The notes beneath the pieces were generated by a model, which was not told where the DNA came from, searched no databases, and saw only the letters and a list, made by a program, of their open reading frames with translations. From Eledone cirrhosa (Eukaryota), in contig OZ024761.1 in assembly GCA_964016885.1 (NCBI GenBank), positions 2,294,001-2,358,000 of the forward strand: DNA of 64,000 bases, given 5' to 3'. The position numbers and the translations under genes were made by a program. Below, one piece after another: positions 25,186-38,386 of the stretch (positions are counted from its first letter, which is position 1; the number at the start of each line of letters is the position of its first letter).

Positions 25186-25308
25186 AACATAATAGTATTG
25201 GGGGTATTAAGGAAGAGTTAGTGGTATTTAACTCTCAAAGTCCTGTACCACATGAAACTGCCTCAATAAGGCATTCAAGAGGGTTAGGGTCACTATGACT
25301 GCATCACA

Positions 25309-25548
25309 TTAACTCTTTCATGACAACATTTCTAATGAAATATACTTTATTTCAATTAATTAATGAAGAATTTTGAGGGATTTACTAAAATTATGAATTA
25401 CTTCATTACTAAGATAGTAACTCAATGTACGGTTCTTATATAAAATTATGTTGGAAGATTTTAATTTAAATTGGAAATCTTTAAGATGTGTGGTTTTATT
25501 TCATAGAACCAGAGCTGGTTTGGGCCAGGTTGGTAACTAAAGGGTTAA
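25309..25548. mobile_element. TTAA-ended MITE
   Basis: ttaactcttt...aaagggttaa; inverted homolog of 25723-26085. Confidence 0.7.
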
Positions 25549-25722
25549 AAATTTAAGTCTTTACTTTACAATGACTGCCCACTAATAAAGGTATGACAAA
25601 CGTATGAATTAACAAACCTGGTTTTAGATATTTTCTGCTAAATGTTTACAGGGGGTTAGGAGTTAAAGATAAGTGTTCGCTTATTTTATCAACTTCACTA
25701 TGTCAGCATCAAATATTAAATA

Positions 25723-26085
25723 TTAACCCCTTAGTTACCAACCCAGCCTAAACCAGCTCTGGTTCTATGAAATAAAATCATCCATCTTAAAGATTTCCAA
25801 TTTAAATTAAAATCTTTCAACATAATTTTATATATAAGAACCTTACATTAAGTTACTATCTTAGTAATGAAAGAATAACTAGTAAAACCAGCTCTGGTTC
25901 TATGAAATAAAGTCACTCATTTTAAAGGTTTCCAATTTAAATTCAAATCTTGTAACATAATTTTATATAATAAACTTACATTGAGTTACAATCTTAGTAA
26001 TGAAATAATAATTCTAGTGAATCCCTCAAAATCCTAAATCAAGATATAGTGTATTTCATTAGAAATACTTTCATAAAAGGGTTAA
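25723..26085. mobile_element. TTAA-ended MITE with internal tandem duplication
   Basis: ttaacccctt...aagggttaa; aaaccagctctggttctatgaaataaa block present twice. Confidence 0.7.
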
Positions 26086-26218
26086 AGTATTTCCTTAACA
26101 ATCTGCCCACAAGTTACTATAATTAATATCTTTCATTAACAAACCTGTTTTTAGATATATTCTAACTATTTACATGAGGTTAATAGTTCTAATAACAGGA
26201 ATGAATGTTCTTCCTTAC

Positions 26219-27264
26219 CATTCCAGAAAATAGACAGGCATTGACATAGGCCTCCAAGTCATTGTTGAACATCAAATTCATTTCGGTTGGGTTCTGACGC
26301 CATCTCTCCAAGTTCCGACTCTTCTTCAGGTTCATGACTGGATTCTTGCTTCTAGATTTGGTTTTCGCTTTAGTATTTATGTTGCTTGTGGTACCCTGAA
26401 CATCAGTAGCAGCTGTACTTCTTGCAGCAGACCCTTGTGGAACTATATCAGTGTCTGTAGTAGTACTAGTAGCTGTAGTAGTACTAGTAGTAGTAAGGTA
26501 GGAATCATGATAAACAGAACCAAGAGCAACAATCTGGTTCATAGATCCTGTAAAACTGCCTGCTACTTCTCCCTCCTCCACCTCTATGTCTATCTCTTTA
26601 CTGTACAGATGTTGAGGTCCATGATTGGGATTGCCTTCAGTCAAGAGGGCTTCCTCCTCTTTGGCAAGTTGGTCATCATGCTTAGAATTCAAGGTGTCAA
26701 CAAAATCCTCACCTGAGGTAAAAACTAAATCTTCTTCAGTTGCAGAATATTCTTCGAAAGGAGAGCCTGGTTTTGGGACAATGGTTTGGGACAGCTGCTC
26801 CTCTCTGCCAGCTAAAGAGGAAGCTAGGTTTAATTGACTAGTAACGACCGACTGTAACGATGATGCACTTTTCAAAGATTTGTTAATGTTTTTCTCTTCT
26901 TTCCACGAAGTCTTCAAATGTGCTTTTGGAGCCCTTGATAGAACACCTGATTGTTTTTTCTTTCCTTTTGATTTGCCAACTACAGCCATCATTTGACTGT
27001 GAAATGACTTGTAGTGTTGCTGCCACTTATTGTCGCTGCTTTCTGTCAGTTTCTCTTGCATGTTCATTAGTTCCTTGATGAAAGCAGGAGTGATGTCCGA
27101 GAGTGGCTGAACACTGCCCAGTCTTTCAAAGTTGTTTGCTGTGCCATCGTGGAAACAGTGAAGTTCCCGCAAGCGATCCTCAAAACTGCCATCATGGTGT
27201 GCTGGTCGAAGAACATGAAATTCATCACTGGAGCCTTGCAACTGGCTAAGACGAGCATTTAACA
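26219..27264 (-). CDS. POLRMT: POLRMT coding exon 3 (long N-terminal extension to start of PPR region)
   Basis: ttcttctttcag acceptor, 1046-nt open exon (phase 1 to 0), ends NNDLEAYVNACLFSGM then GTAAGG. Confidence 0.88.
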
Positions 27265-27395
27265 CTGAAAGAAGAAATAACAGAGAAAGTATATATCATC
27301 ATCATCACCGTTTAACATCAATTTTTCTACGCTGGCATGGGTTAGACAAGTTGTCCTGTTTTGAGATAGGCCAGGTCAGATGCACATCTTGCTCA

Positions 27396-27998
27396 TAGAA
27401 GTGGTTGATAGCTTCCGGTACCTAGGTGATCAGATTAGCATGTGTTCCGAGGCCATAGTATCTAGAATAAGGACGGGCTGGAAGAAGTTTAGGGAGCTGC
27501 TTCCTCTGCTGACGAAGAAGGGTTTCTCCCTGCGTACGAAAGGCCGGTTATATGATGCCTGTGTGAGGTGCGCGATGCTGCATGGTAGTGAGACATGGGC
27601 AGCAAATGCAGAGGATATGCGACGGCTGGAGAGAAATGAGGCAAACATGCTCCGTTGGATGTGCGTGATCGACCCAGCATGGATGTGTTGAGAGAGAAAC
27701 TGTGTCTGAGAGGGATAGAATGTAGTGTACGAGAGAGGAGACTGCGATGGTATGGACATGTGATGCACATGGAAGATGACTGATTGGTGAAGAAGTGCCA
27801 AGAAATGCCAGCTGAAAGAAGACATGGTAGAGGTAGACCACGAAAAACATGGGCAGAGGTGGTGAGAGCAGACCTCAGATCGCTGAAGCTCACAGTGGAG
27901 ATGACAAAGGACTGTGACAAGTGGAGAGATGCTGTGCTGAATAGGACCCATCCCACCCTTGCAAGCAGGGAAAAACAGACGTAAAATGATGATGATGA
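27396..27998 (+). mobile_element. RTE LINE family C, 3' fragment
   Basis: [31 protein letters not shown]; tail cccacccttgcaagcagggaaaa-(GAT)n. Confidence 0.92.
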
Positions 27999-28122
27999 AA
28001 TGATGATTATAATAATAGTGATAATAATAATGATATTATTATTAAGTGGAGTATTAAAATTTTACACACGTTAGTTTGAAAATGCATTGATTCTTTGGTG
28101 TTTTATATATATATATATATAT

Positions 28123-30586
28123 ATCATCATCATCATCATTTTACGTCCGCTTTTCCCTGCTTGCAAGGCTGGGACGGGTCTTATTCAGCACAGCATCTCT
28201 CCACTGCTCATGGTCCTGCATCTCACCACCTTCGCCCATGTTTTTCGTGGTCTACCTCTACCATATCTTCCTTCAACTGGCATTTCCTGGCACTTCTTCA
28301 CCCATCGGTCATCCTCCAAGCGCATCACATGTCCATACCACCTCAGTCTCCTCTCCCGTACACTACATTCTATCCCTCTCAGACAGTTTCTCTCTCAACA
28401 CATTCATGCTGGGTCGTTCATGCACATTGACACTGCACATCCAACGGAGCATGCTTGCCTCATTTCTCTCCAGCCGTCGCATATCCTCTGCAGTTGCTGC
28501 CCATGTCTCACTACCATGCAACATCGTGCTCTTCACACAGGCATCATATAACCGGCCTTTCGTACGCAGGGAGAAATCCTTCTTTGTCAGCAGAGGAAGC
28601 AGCTCCCTAAACTTCTTCCAACCCGTCCTTATTCTAGATACTATGGCCTCGGAACACCCCCCTCTCATGCTAATCTGATCTCCTAGGTACCGGAAGCTAT
28701 CCACCACTTTTATAGCACCAGCCTGCATTTGAAAAATGTGTCTATCAATGCGACTTCTACTGTCTAATTTCCCTGTACATCTACTGCATACATATTTCTC
28801 CCTACCTGTTAGTTTGCCTGCTATCCCGCTACATCTCTTGTGTACCCAGGATCTGCATTGTGTGCATTTTATAGAATTTATGACAGTTCCTTTTCTGCAT
28901 ATCGAACATGGCCCTGACGGAATCAGAGTTTTGTCATCTTTTCTACTCATCAACACTTTTGTCTTAGCTAGGTTCATTCTCAGTCCTCTTGCTTCCAACT
29001 GCTGTTACCATAGCCAGAATTTATTCTCTAGCTCCTCTACAGCTTCTGCTATAAGAACCAGATCATCAGCATAGAGAAGTTCCCATGGACAGCCAGTCTT
29101 AAAATCCCCTGTTATGGCTTGGAGGACTATAATGAACAGGAGCGGGCTGAGGACCGAACCTTGATGTACTCCTACTTGTATCTGGAATTCCTCACTAAAC
29201 TCCATTCCTACCCTGACTTTACTGACAGTACTTCTGTACAAAGTTTGCACTCTTCTCACAAGCCATTCCTCAACACCTAGTTTCCTTAGGCACCACCAGA
29301 TGACAGATCGGGGTACTCTATCAAAGGCCTTCTCTAGGTCAACAAAGGCTAAGTATAGTGGCTTATTTTTCTCTAAGAACCTCTCTTGCAATTGTCTCAC
29401 CAAGAAGAGGGCATCTGTTGTACTCTTCCCAGGCACAAAACCAAACTGCATCTCATCTAGTTTGACCCTTTCTCTAATTAGTTGTGCTAATATCCTTTCT
29501 GCCACTTTCATAACCTGATCCATCAGTTTTATACCCCTATAATTGCTCCTCTCCAGGGCATCCCCTTTACCTTTGAAGCAATTTATGAGAATACTGCTGC
29601 ACCAGTCTTTGGGTATGACACCACCATATACATCCTGATTGATGATGAGTGCAACCAGTTTAGTGCCTACGTCGCCTGATGCCTTCGGCATCTCAGCAAC
29701 TATTCCCGATGGTCCAGCAGCCTTATTTTTCATTTCCTTAATCGCCCCTTGAACCCTATATTCGTCAATCTCAATAGCTGGTCCCTCTGTCGGATCTACT
29801 AAGGGTAATTTCTCTCTCTCCCATTCGTTCTCCACATTCATCAGTCTCTCATAATGACATTTCCAGGCCTCCTTTTTCTGATCATTCGTGACACTAAGTA
29901 CACCGGCATCAGTCCGGACACATTTATCTCCAACAACATCCTGATTTGCATTGACATGTGGAACACCGCATGCCTCTGATCTTCCGTCGCAGAACATTGG
30001 CAAACCTCCTTCTCTCAGCCTCCCTGCGTGCTAAGTACACCTGACGTCTAGCTTCTCTCTTAGCGGCTGTATATTCTTCCCTACTCCCACCCTTTTTCCA
30101 AGCCTTCCATGCTAGTCTTTTGTCTCTAATGGCCTTATCTACTGTGCTGTTCCACCACCAGGTCACTCTGTCTGGTTGGAGCTCTGCTCCAGCCACAAGT
30201 TTCATCAGTAGCGTGCAGTAAGTTGTCACGTAAGAAATTCCAGTTATTATCTATGTCATACATCTATAAATCGTCTTCTTTTTCATCATACACATCTTGA
30301 AGGGCTTTCCTAAATTTGTATTTTAGTGAAAGGTCTTTTAGCTTCCAGACCTTTCTTCTCCATACCTTCCTGTATGTCTCATTCCATCTCTTGCTTGCTG
30401 AGATATCACTAACGACTAATCTATGCTGTGGGGTACATTCTTCCCCAGGGTATGCCTTGGTATTTGACACCATCTGCCTGTCCCGCTGTCTAACTAGTAA
30501 GAAGTCAATCTGGCTTATGCGCTCGCCTGATTTGTAGGTTATTAGTTGGTTGGCAGGTTTCGGGAAGTTAGTGTTGCAAATAGTCA

Positions 30587-30590
<4 letters not shown>
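28123..30590 (-). mobile_element. RTE LINE family C, 5'-truncated, decayed
   Basis: Endonuclease C-part, RT with YADD, PHD-like Cys cluster; several frameshifts; flanked by (TA)n. Confidence 0.95.
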
Positions 30591-30653
<63 letters not shown>

Positions 30654-31529
30654 GAGAGAGAGAGAGAGTCTGTGGTGCTGAGACTGAGGAGACCACTAAT
30701 CATGGGAGTACTTGATATATGAGGAGATGTAGAGTGGATATAGAGATATGTAAAAATCCCAACCATGGCACCAAGAGCTTTTGACTTGTGTTCAGCAAGC
30801 CTTCCTTGAAAAGGCTTGCTGAACACACAAGCCGAAACTGCTTGGTGCCACGGTTGGGATTTTACATATCTCTCTCTCTATATATATATATATAAACAAC
30901 ATCCAGTCCAAACTAATGAGGTCGTGTAGGTGTCACGACAAAAAAAAACACAGTCCACGCTGTAATGTGGCCGTGTAGGTAACACAGTAAAAAGCTCCCA
31001 GTCCACACTGTAAATGTGGTTGGTGTTAGGAAAGACAGCCAGCCATAGAAAACCTACCAGATAGTCCTATACGAGTGAGACATGGTCACCTGACCAATCT
31101 TGCCTCAAATGGGGCAATTCCTGTCTAACCCATGCTAGCGTGGAAGATAGACGTTAAACGATAATGATGATGATAATGATACACACACATATATATATGT
31201 ATAGGTATTTTGAAAACTATCGAGATGAAGTGCATGTATATTTGCAAGTTATAGAAAAAAGTTTGGAAAGTGGAGTTGGAGGAAGGAAGAGCTGTTAAAA
31301 GAACTCAATACTGTCAATGACAAAAACAGTATTGAAGCTGGGCAGAAATACTTCTAATGACAGAAAACAGTGGCCACTGGTTGCCATGGAGAGATGGAAC
31401 ACTGTGAGGTATATAGATGGCTATGAGAGATGTGTGTGTAGCATAATAATTCAGAAGAGAGTGTTCTATAAACAGAGGAATAGTTATATATGTTAATTAC
31501 AGAACATTACATAACAATGATATATATAG

Positions 31530-31905
31530 GCCTCACCCACCAGGACTGAACAGTGTCTCATTTTCCACCTTGGGTCGTTTCTCCCATGGACTCAACTCCC
31601 CAATTTCTTTAATATTACACATACATCCGTGCTTACTTCTCTACCCTTTGTCTCCATCACGTTTACAGCATCAACAGTTTTCTAAGAAATGGCAACATGA
31701 ATGGACCTGTTATTTTTCTCTAAAAACATTTTTTCTGATTCTGCCCTGCCCCTTCCTTCAATCTTTCTAATTTCTCATTTTTTCTTCTGATGAAGGACTA
31801 GCGTCTGAAACGTGAAAACCCTCTTCCTGCTATTTCAAACTTTAAACTAATATATTCCTTCCATATACTATACCGATTGTGTTGTTCTTTCTATTTACTT
31901 TTTAC
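31530..31905 (+). mobile_element. Penelope-like 3' remnant with hammerhead motif (31787-31815)
   Basis: EQCLIFHLGSFLP/HGLN resembles the PLE C-terminal EQxLIFxLGTLxPxGLN; CTGATGA-a-ggac-tagc-gtct-GAAAC-GTG (cleavage triplet lost). Confidence 0.7.
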
Positions 31906-32709
31906 ACATGTATATATATATATATGTGTGTGTGTGAGTCTTGAGTTCAATCGGAGGTAACTACAGTTAGTAAGGTACTCAATACATTAATAGAGTGTAA
32001 ACATCACATTTAATATAGAAATGGCTTCTACAGGACTAGAACTGTTTTATTCATTGAATGAAACAGTTCTAGTCCTGTAGAAGCTATTTCTATATTAAAC
32101 TTGATATATATATATATAAATCAAGTAAAAAGATATATGTATATATAGAGAAAGAACTATATATCTTGATTCTATATTTCTCTTAGAATGCTGTAAGACT
32201 CTAACCTCTGAGTCTAAGTCTCCTGTTGTTTAATTATAATCAATAGTTTGTCTTCGATGATCGATTACATAGATTGGTTTTGAACCACAGTCTACAGAAT
32301 ACGAAATAGTGCAATAAGGTCTCTAATGATTCCACCTTGAGTACATATTCCTTCTATGGAATATGTATTTAGTATATATACAATATACTGTCTTTCTGCT
32401 ATGATATATAGTTCCTTCTCTGTCTATATATATATATATATCTTACTTATACATTTGATTTATTATGGCTCTGGATAATGTCTATAGAGCTTACTTATTG
32501 AGAAACACAAACTTCTAACATATTTTATATGTTTGCATTCATTACTTTTGTGTATATATATTATTGTTTCTACTTTTGGCACAAGGCCAGCAATTTGAAT
32601 GGAAGCGGGAATATATAGATACAGATGTGTGCTGACATCAGGTGATAGCAACATTGACGCAGTATGAAATGTAGAAAGAAAGCAACAAAGAAACAGATCT
32701 AAATCTTAC

Positions 32710-32838
32710 GGTCAACCAATTCTTTGTGGTTGCAAATTTCACGGAAGAGTTTCTTCTTGAAATTCTTTGAATAGAATTTTGACGAAACAATCTTTGGCTG
32801 GGATGAATAATGTTTGGTCAAACATGAGAAGAGACTGC
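32710..32838 (-). CDS. POLRMT: POLRMT coding exon 2
   Basis: tttcttttattccag acceptor, GTAAGA donor, 129 nt, phase 1/1; encodes SLFSCLTKHYSSQPKIVSSKFYSKNFKKKLFREICNHKELVD; spliced to exon 3 gives HKELVDLLNARLSQLQ, resembling human POLRMT HVELLEVLQARVRQLQ (recalled sequence). Confidence 0.85.
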
Positions 32839-32867
32839 CTGGAATAAAAGAAATTATTATCATTAAT

Positions 32868-33080
32868 GGTGGTGAATTGGCAGGTATGGGTAGAGCGACG
32901 GACGACATGCCTTGTGTCATAGAGTTAAGGCATTTTAAGTCCTGAGTTCAAATCCTGCCGAGGAGAACTTTGCCTTTCATCCTTACAGGGTCGATAAAAT
33001 AAAGTACCAGTAATGAACTGGTGTTGATTTAATTAACTTTCCCCTCCCCAAAATTGTTAGTCTTGTGTCTAAAAATTAAA
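32868..33080 (+). mobile_element. tRNA-derived SINE
   Basis: Same family as 7945-8135; starts about 30 nt from the POLRMT exon 2 acceptor. Confidence 0.8.
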
Positions 33081-33197
33081 CGTAGTTTTCATACAAATTG
33101 TTTGGCCTTCCATCAATGGTTGCTTTTATTATATCAACACAATGCTTTCAAAAACTGCAGTTTTTGAAAGCATTGTGTTGATATAATAAAAGCAACC

Positions 33198-33797
33198 ATA
33201 CCTTCCTGCCAGATTGTTGAACGTCTGAAAGTATATACTTTCCTTATGCATATTAACGGCTGAGTAGCCCAATTTGCATATCGAGTGAGTTAATCGGCCG
33301 GGTGCACCGAAAACGATAAACGGAAAAAATGAAACGAAGTAACAGCCGTACTAAGAGTGGGAAATGAAATTTTGTTTCATTTTTTCCGTTTATCGTTTTC
33401 GGTGCAACCGGCCGATTAACCCACTTGATATGCAAATTAGGCTGCTCAGTTAATATGCATAAGTATATAGTTTCAGACATTCAACAATCTGGCAGGAAGG
33501 TATACGTTGCTGACGATAGCTAATAAGCTTGAAACTAGTACAGCGTTCCTTTGTCAGTGTTGAACAAACGAGAAACGATGGTTGCTGGATACTACGGCTT
33601 AATACGGGATGTTTGTTTACAAACACACCGAGCATTGTAATGGATGTTCGGTGAATCCATATGTACATATATATATGTGAGCATGTATGTATATATATAT
33701 ATACATACTACTGTACGTCTGTATACATATATGTATGTATACATACTTATATTTAAGTAACAGCCGTACTAAGAGTGGGAAATGAAATTTTGTTTCG
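33198..33797 (+). mobile_element. Non-coding Penelope-pLTR/retrozyme-like element with inverted head and hammerhead
   Basis: ~140-bp inverted arms (33198-33337/33372-33503), hammerhead 33504-33546, 42-bp direct repeat (33338 and 33756). Confidence 0.7.
33504..33546 (+). ncRNA. Minimal type I hammerhead ribozyme
   Basis: acgttg-CTGACGA-t-agct-aata-agct-t-GAAA-CTAG-TA-cagcgt: intact core, palindromic stem III, GUA triplet. Confidence 0.82.
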
Positions 33798-33799
33798 TT

Positions 33800-33837
<38 letters not shown>

Positions 33838-33843
33838 AATATG

Positions 33844-33872
<29 letters not shown>

Positions 33873-33874
<2 letters not shown>

Positions 33875-36800
33875 CATCATCATCATCATCATCATCAACG
33901 TTTAACGTCCGTGTTCCACGCTTGCATGGGTTTGGACGGGGGTAGTCCCACTTGAGGCAAGAGTGATTGTCTTGCTCGCATAGGACTGTCTGGCAGGTTT
34001 TCTACAGTTGGATGCCCTTCCTAACACCAACCACATTTACAGTGTGGGTCTGGGAGGTTTTTACCGTGTTGCCTACACGGCCACATTACAGCGTGGACTG
34101 TGTGTTTTTTTGTCGTGACACCTACACGATCTCATTTGTTTCGGCCTCGATGGCGCGGCACCAACATAACTTTACATAGAACGGGGTGGTGTGGATCGGG
34201 TGGGGGTGGTGGTGGTGGGACGGGGTGTATTTTGTTAGAGATGCCTACTGGCTGGAGTAGGTTGTACTATATATTTAGGTAAGGCGGGTCTTCTCTGTTA
34301 CTGAGTACCGCCAAAGGTCTCGGTCCAGTGACATTGTCTTGGAGAGGTGTAAGTGTGTGATGTCGGAGTTTATCAGCTCGTCCCAGGTTTTTCTAGGTCT
34401 GCCTATTCCGTGACTACCGTCTATCTTTATTGCCCTGCACTTTGTTATACAGCTATCGACTTTCATGCGCATCACGTGTCCATACCAACGTAGCCTTCTC
34501 TCGAGTAAACAACATCTGATCCCTCTTATCTCTAATTTTTTCCTTAGTTCGTTTATGCTTTGCCGTTCACGTATATTACTGTTACACATCCAGCGGAGCA
34601 TGCAAGCTTCGTTCCTCTCTAGTCTGCGTATATCCTCTGCACACAATGCCCAGGTCTCACTGCCATGCAGCATTGCTGTTCGTATGCAGGCATCGTACAA
34701 CCTGCCTTTCATTTTTAGTGAGAACCCTTTAGCAGCTAATAGTGGTATAAGCTCTCTGAACTTTTTCCAACCAGTTCTGACTCTAGCTACAGTACTTTCA
34801 GAGCACCCTCCCCCACTGCTGATTTTATCGCCCAGGTAACGGAAGCTGTCCACTATTTCTATAGAACCCTCTGCGCAATTGAAAGAGCTAGTAGTTTGTG
34901 GGCACTTGCTGCTACTTATTGCACCAGAGCACCGGCCACATGTAAAATCTATGTTCTTAGTTAGCTTACCTGTGATCCCACTACATCTTTTATGCACCCA
35001 TACTTTGCATTTAGGACATAAAATGGAGTTTCTACCTACGCCTTTCCTACACACCGAGCACGACCATTTCCCAGAAGGGACCGCCGCCTTGTTTTCTTTC
35101 CTACAAACTAGTACTTTGGTCTTAGCCAAGTTAATTTTAAGTCCTTTTGACTCTAGGCCGTGCTTCCATGTTTGGAATTTCTTCTCTAGCTCGGCCATTG
35201 ATTCCGCTATGAGTGTCAGGTCGTCTGCGTATAGGAGTTCCCATGGGCAGCCTGTCTTGAACTCCTCTGTTATAGCCTGAAGGGCAATAATAAATAGTAG
35301 TGGGCTGAGAACAGAGCCCTGATGGACGCCAACTTTTACGCTAAACTCTTCACTATATTCGTTGTTAATTCTGACCTTGCTGACTGTTTCTTTATACATG
35401 GCTTGTATAGCCCTCACAAGCCATTCGTCAACGCCTAGTTTTCTAAGAGCCCACCAGATAATGGAGCGGGGGACTCTGTCGAAGGCTTTCTCCAAGTCGA
35501 CAAAAGCTAAGTAGAGGGGTTTACCTTTAGCTAGGTACTTCTCCTGTAGTTGTCGTACTATGAAAAGAGCGTCTGTAGTACTTTTGCCTGACACAAACCC
35601 GAACTGCATTTCATCTAGGTCAATTCTCTCTCTGATTAGTTGCGCTATTACTTTTTCCGTGACCTTCATGACCTGGTCGATTAATTTAATGCCTCTATAG
35701 TTACTCCTATCTAGGGCGTCTCCTTTACCCTTATAACAGTTAACGATGATGCTGCTATGCCAGTCCTTCGGAACAACCCCATTCTGTACGACTTGGTTAA
35801 CTATGCGGGTGACCATGGTGTGTCCCACCGTGCCAGATGCCTTCAGCATCTCAGCAACTATTTCCGAAGGCCCAGCCGCCTTACCCGTCTTCATATCCTT
35901 GATTGCCTTACTTATTATACTCCCCTCGACTAACACTGCTGGTCCCTCTATTGGGTCGATATGGGGGAGACTGCCTTTCTCCCAATTATTCTCCTCATTT
36001 AGTAGCCTTTCATAGTGACACTTCCAAGCTACCTTCTTATCAGAGTCGGTGATGGCAAGTGTGCCATCGTCGTTTAGTACACACTTCTCCCCGACAATAT
36101 CACGGTTTTCCTTGACGCATTGCCTAGCAATCCTGAACACCTCACGTTTTTGGTCATCGCGTTGTAGAACATGCTTGAACTTTCTTTCCTCAGCTTCCCT
36201 TCTTGCTAAGTACACTTGTCTCCTAGCTTCCCTCCTGGCCACTTGATAGTCCTCTCTACTTCCCCCATCCCGCCATACTTTCCAAGCCTGCTTTTTGGCC
36301 TTAATTGACCCCTCCACCTTACTGTTCCACCACCATGTTACTCTCCTCCTGCCTACAGGCCTGCTCCAGCCACAGACCTCGTCTGTCGCCAACAGCAGGT
36401 TTGCTTTCAGAAATTCCCACTCTCCCTCTATATTGTCCGACTCTAAATGTTCTTCCTTACTGTCGAAAGCATCAAGTAATATGCTTTGAAATTTATTCCT
36501 GGCTGTGGGGTCCTTTAGCTTCCATATTTTCCTCCTGAGGATAGTCCTCTTCTGTTGTCGAGTACGTCTCGTCCTGACTATGAGGTCGCTAATTATCAGT
36601 CTATGTTGGGAGGTGCATTCTTCATGGGGGAGGGATTTAGTGTTAACAACAGACACTCTGTCACGTCTTCTGGTAAGGATATAATCTACCTGGCTTGTGT
36701 GTTCCCCGGATCTATAGGTGATCAGGTGATTGTCACGTTTTTTGAAGTTAGTGTTACAGATAGTTAGGTTATTTGCATCACAGAATTCCAGGATTCTGGA

Positions 36801-36963
36801 GCCTTCCTCATTTCTAGTACCAAACCCATAGCCTCCATGGATTTCGTCGTAGCCGTCACAATGTTGTCCAACGTGACCATTTAGGTCGCCTGCGATAATT
36901 ATATAGTCACTGTCGGATATTTGGGAGGTAGTTAGCATCAGTGTCTCATAGAATCTGTCTTTT

Positions 36964-36966
<3 letters not shown>
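33873..36966 (-). mobile_element. RTE LINE family B, young 5'-truncated copy with ~895 uninterrupted codons
   Basis: Open from mid-endonuclease (KDRFYETLM) through RT (YADD) and PHD finger to stop at 34275; full 3' UTR and (GAT)n tail. Confidence 0.97.
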
Positions 36967-37904
<938 letters not shown>

Positions 37905-38346
37905 AACGAGTAGGACCTCGACGGCTGAGCTCAAGCCGTTTCGACGGCTAATTCTGGACTGAATTAGCCGTCGAGGTCCTACTCGTTCCTATTACCCACT
38001 CTACTAACCTAAGTATTGAGTACTTTGGTGCGTTATGGTCCACCTGGTTCCTTACCACATTTCCTTCGTTATATATATATATATATATACATACACATAC
38101 ATGTGTGTGTAAAAAGAAAGGAGAGGTATATATATAGATATATATACCTATGTATATAGGTAAGTGGATATGTGTCTACATACATATACGAGAAATGAAT
38201 CCGGTGTTTATTCTAACTTTTAATAAAGATTATTTTTGGTTCCATTGTTTACTGCTTCATGTCAGTTAAATGTTACAATTTGATGAAGTAAAGAAGGAAA
38301 GAAAAACGAGAGATAAAGGAGGTGAACAAGTGAAAAACAAACTTAC

Positions 38347-38386
38347 TTGATCGGCAAACCATCGGACGGTGTGGTATAAGAGACAT
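38347..38386 (-). CDS. POLRMT: Mitochondrial RNA polymerase, coding exon 1 (start of mitochondrial targeting peptide)
   Basis: ATG at 38386 gives MSLIPHRPMVCRS plus 1 nt, then donor GTAAGT at 38346; phase 1 matches the next exon; Arg/Ser-rich, acid-free N-terminus. Confidence 0.75.
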
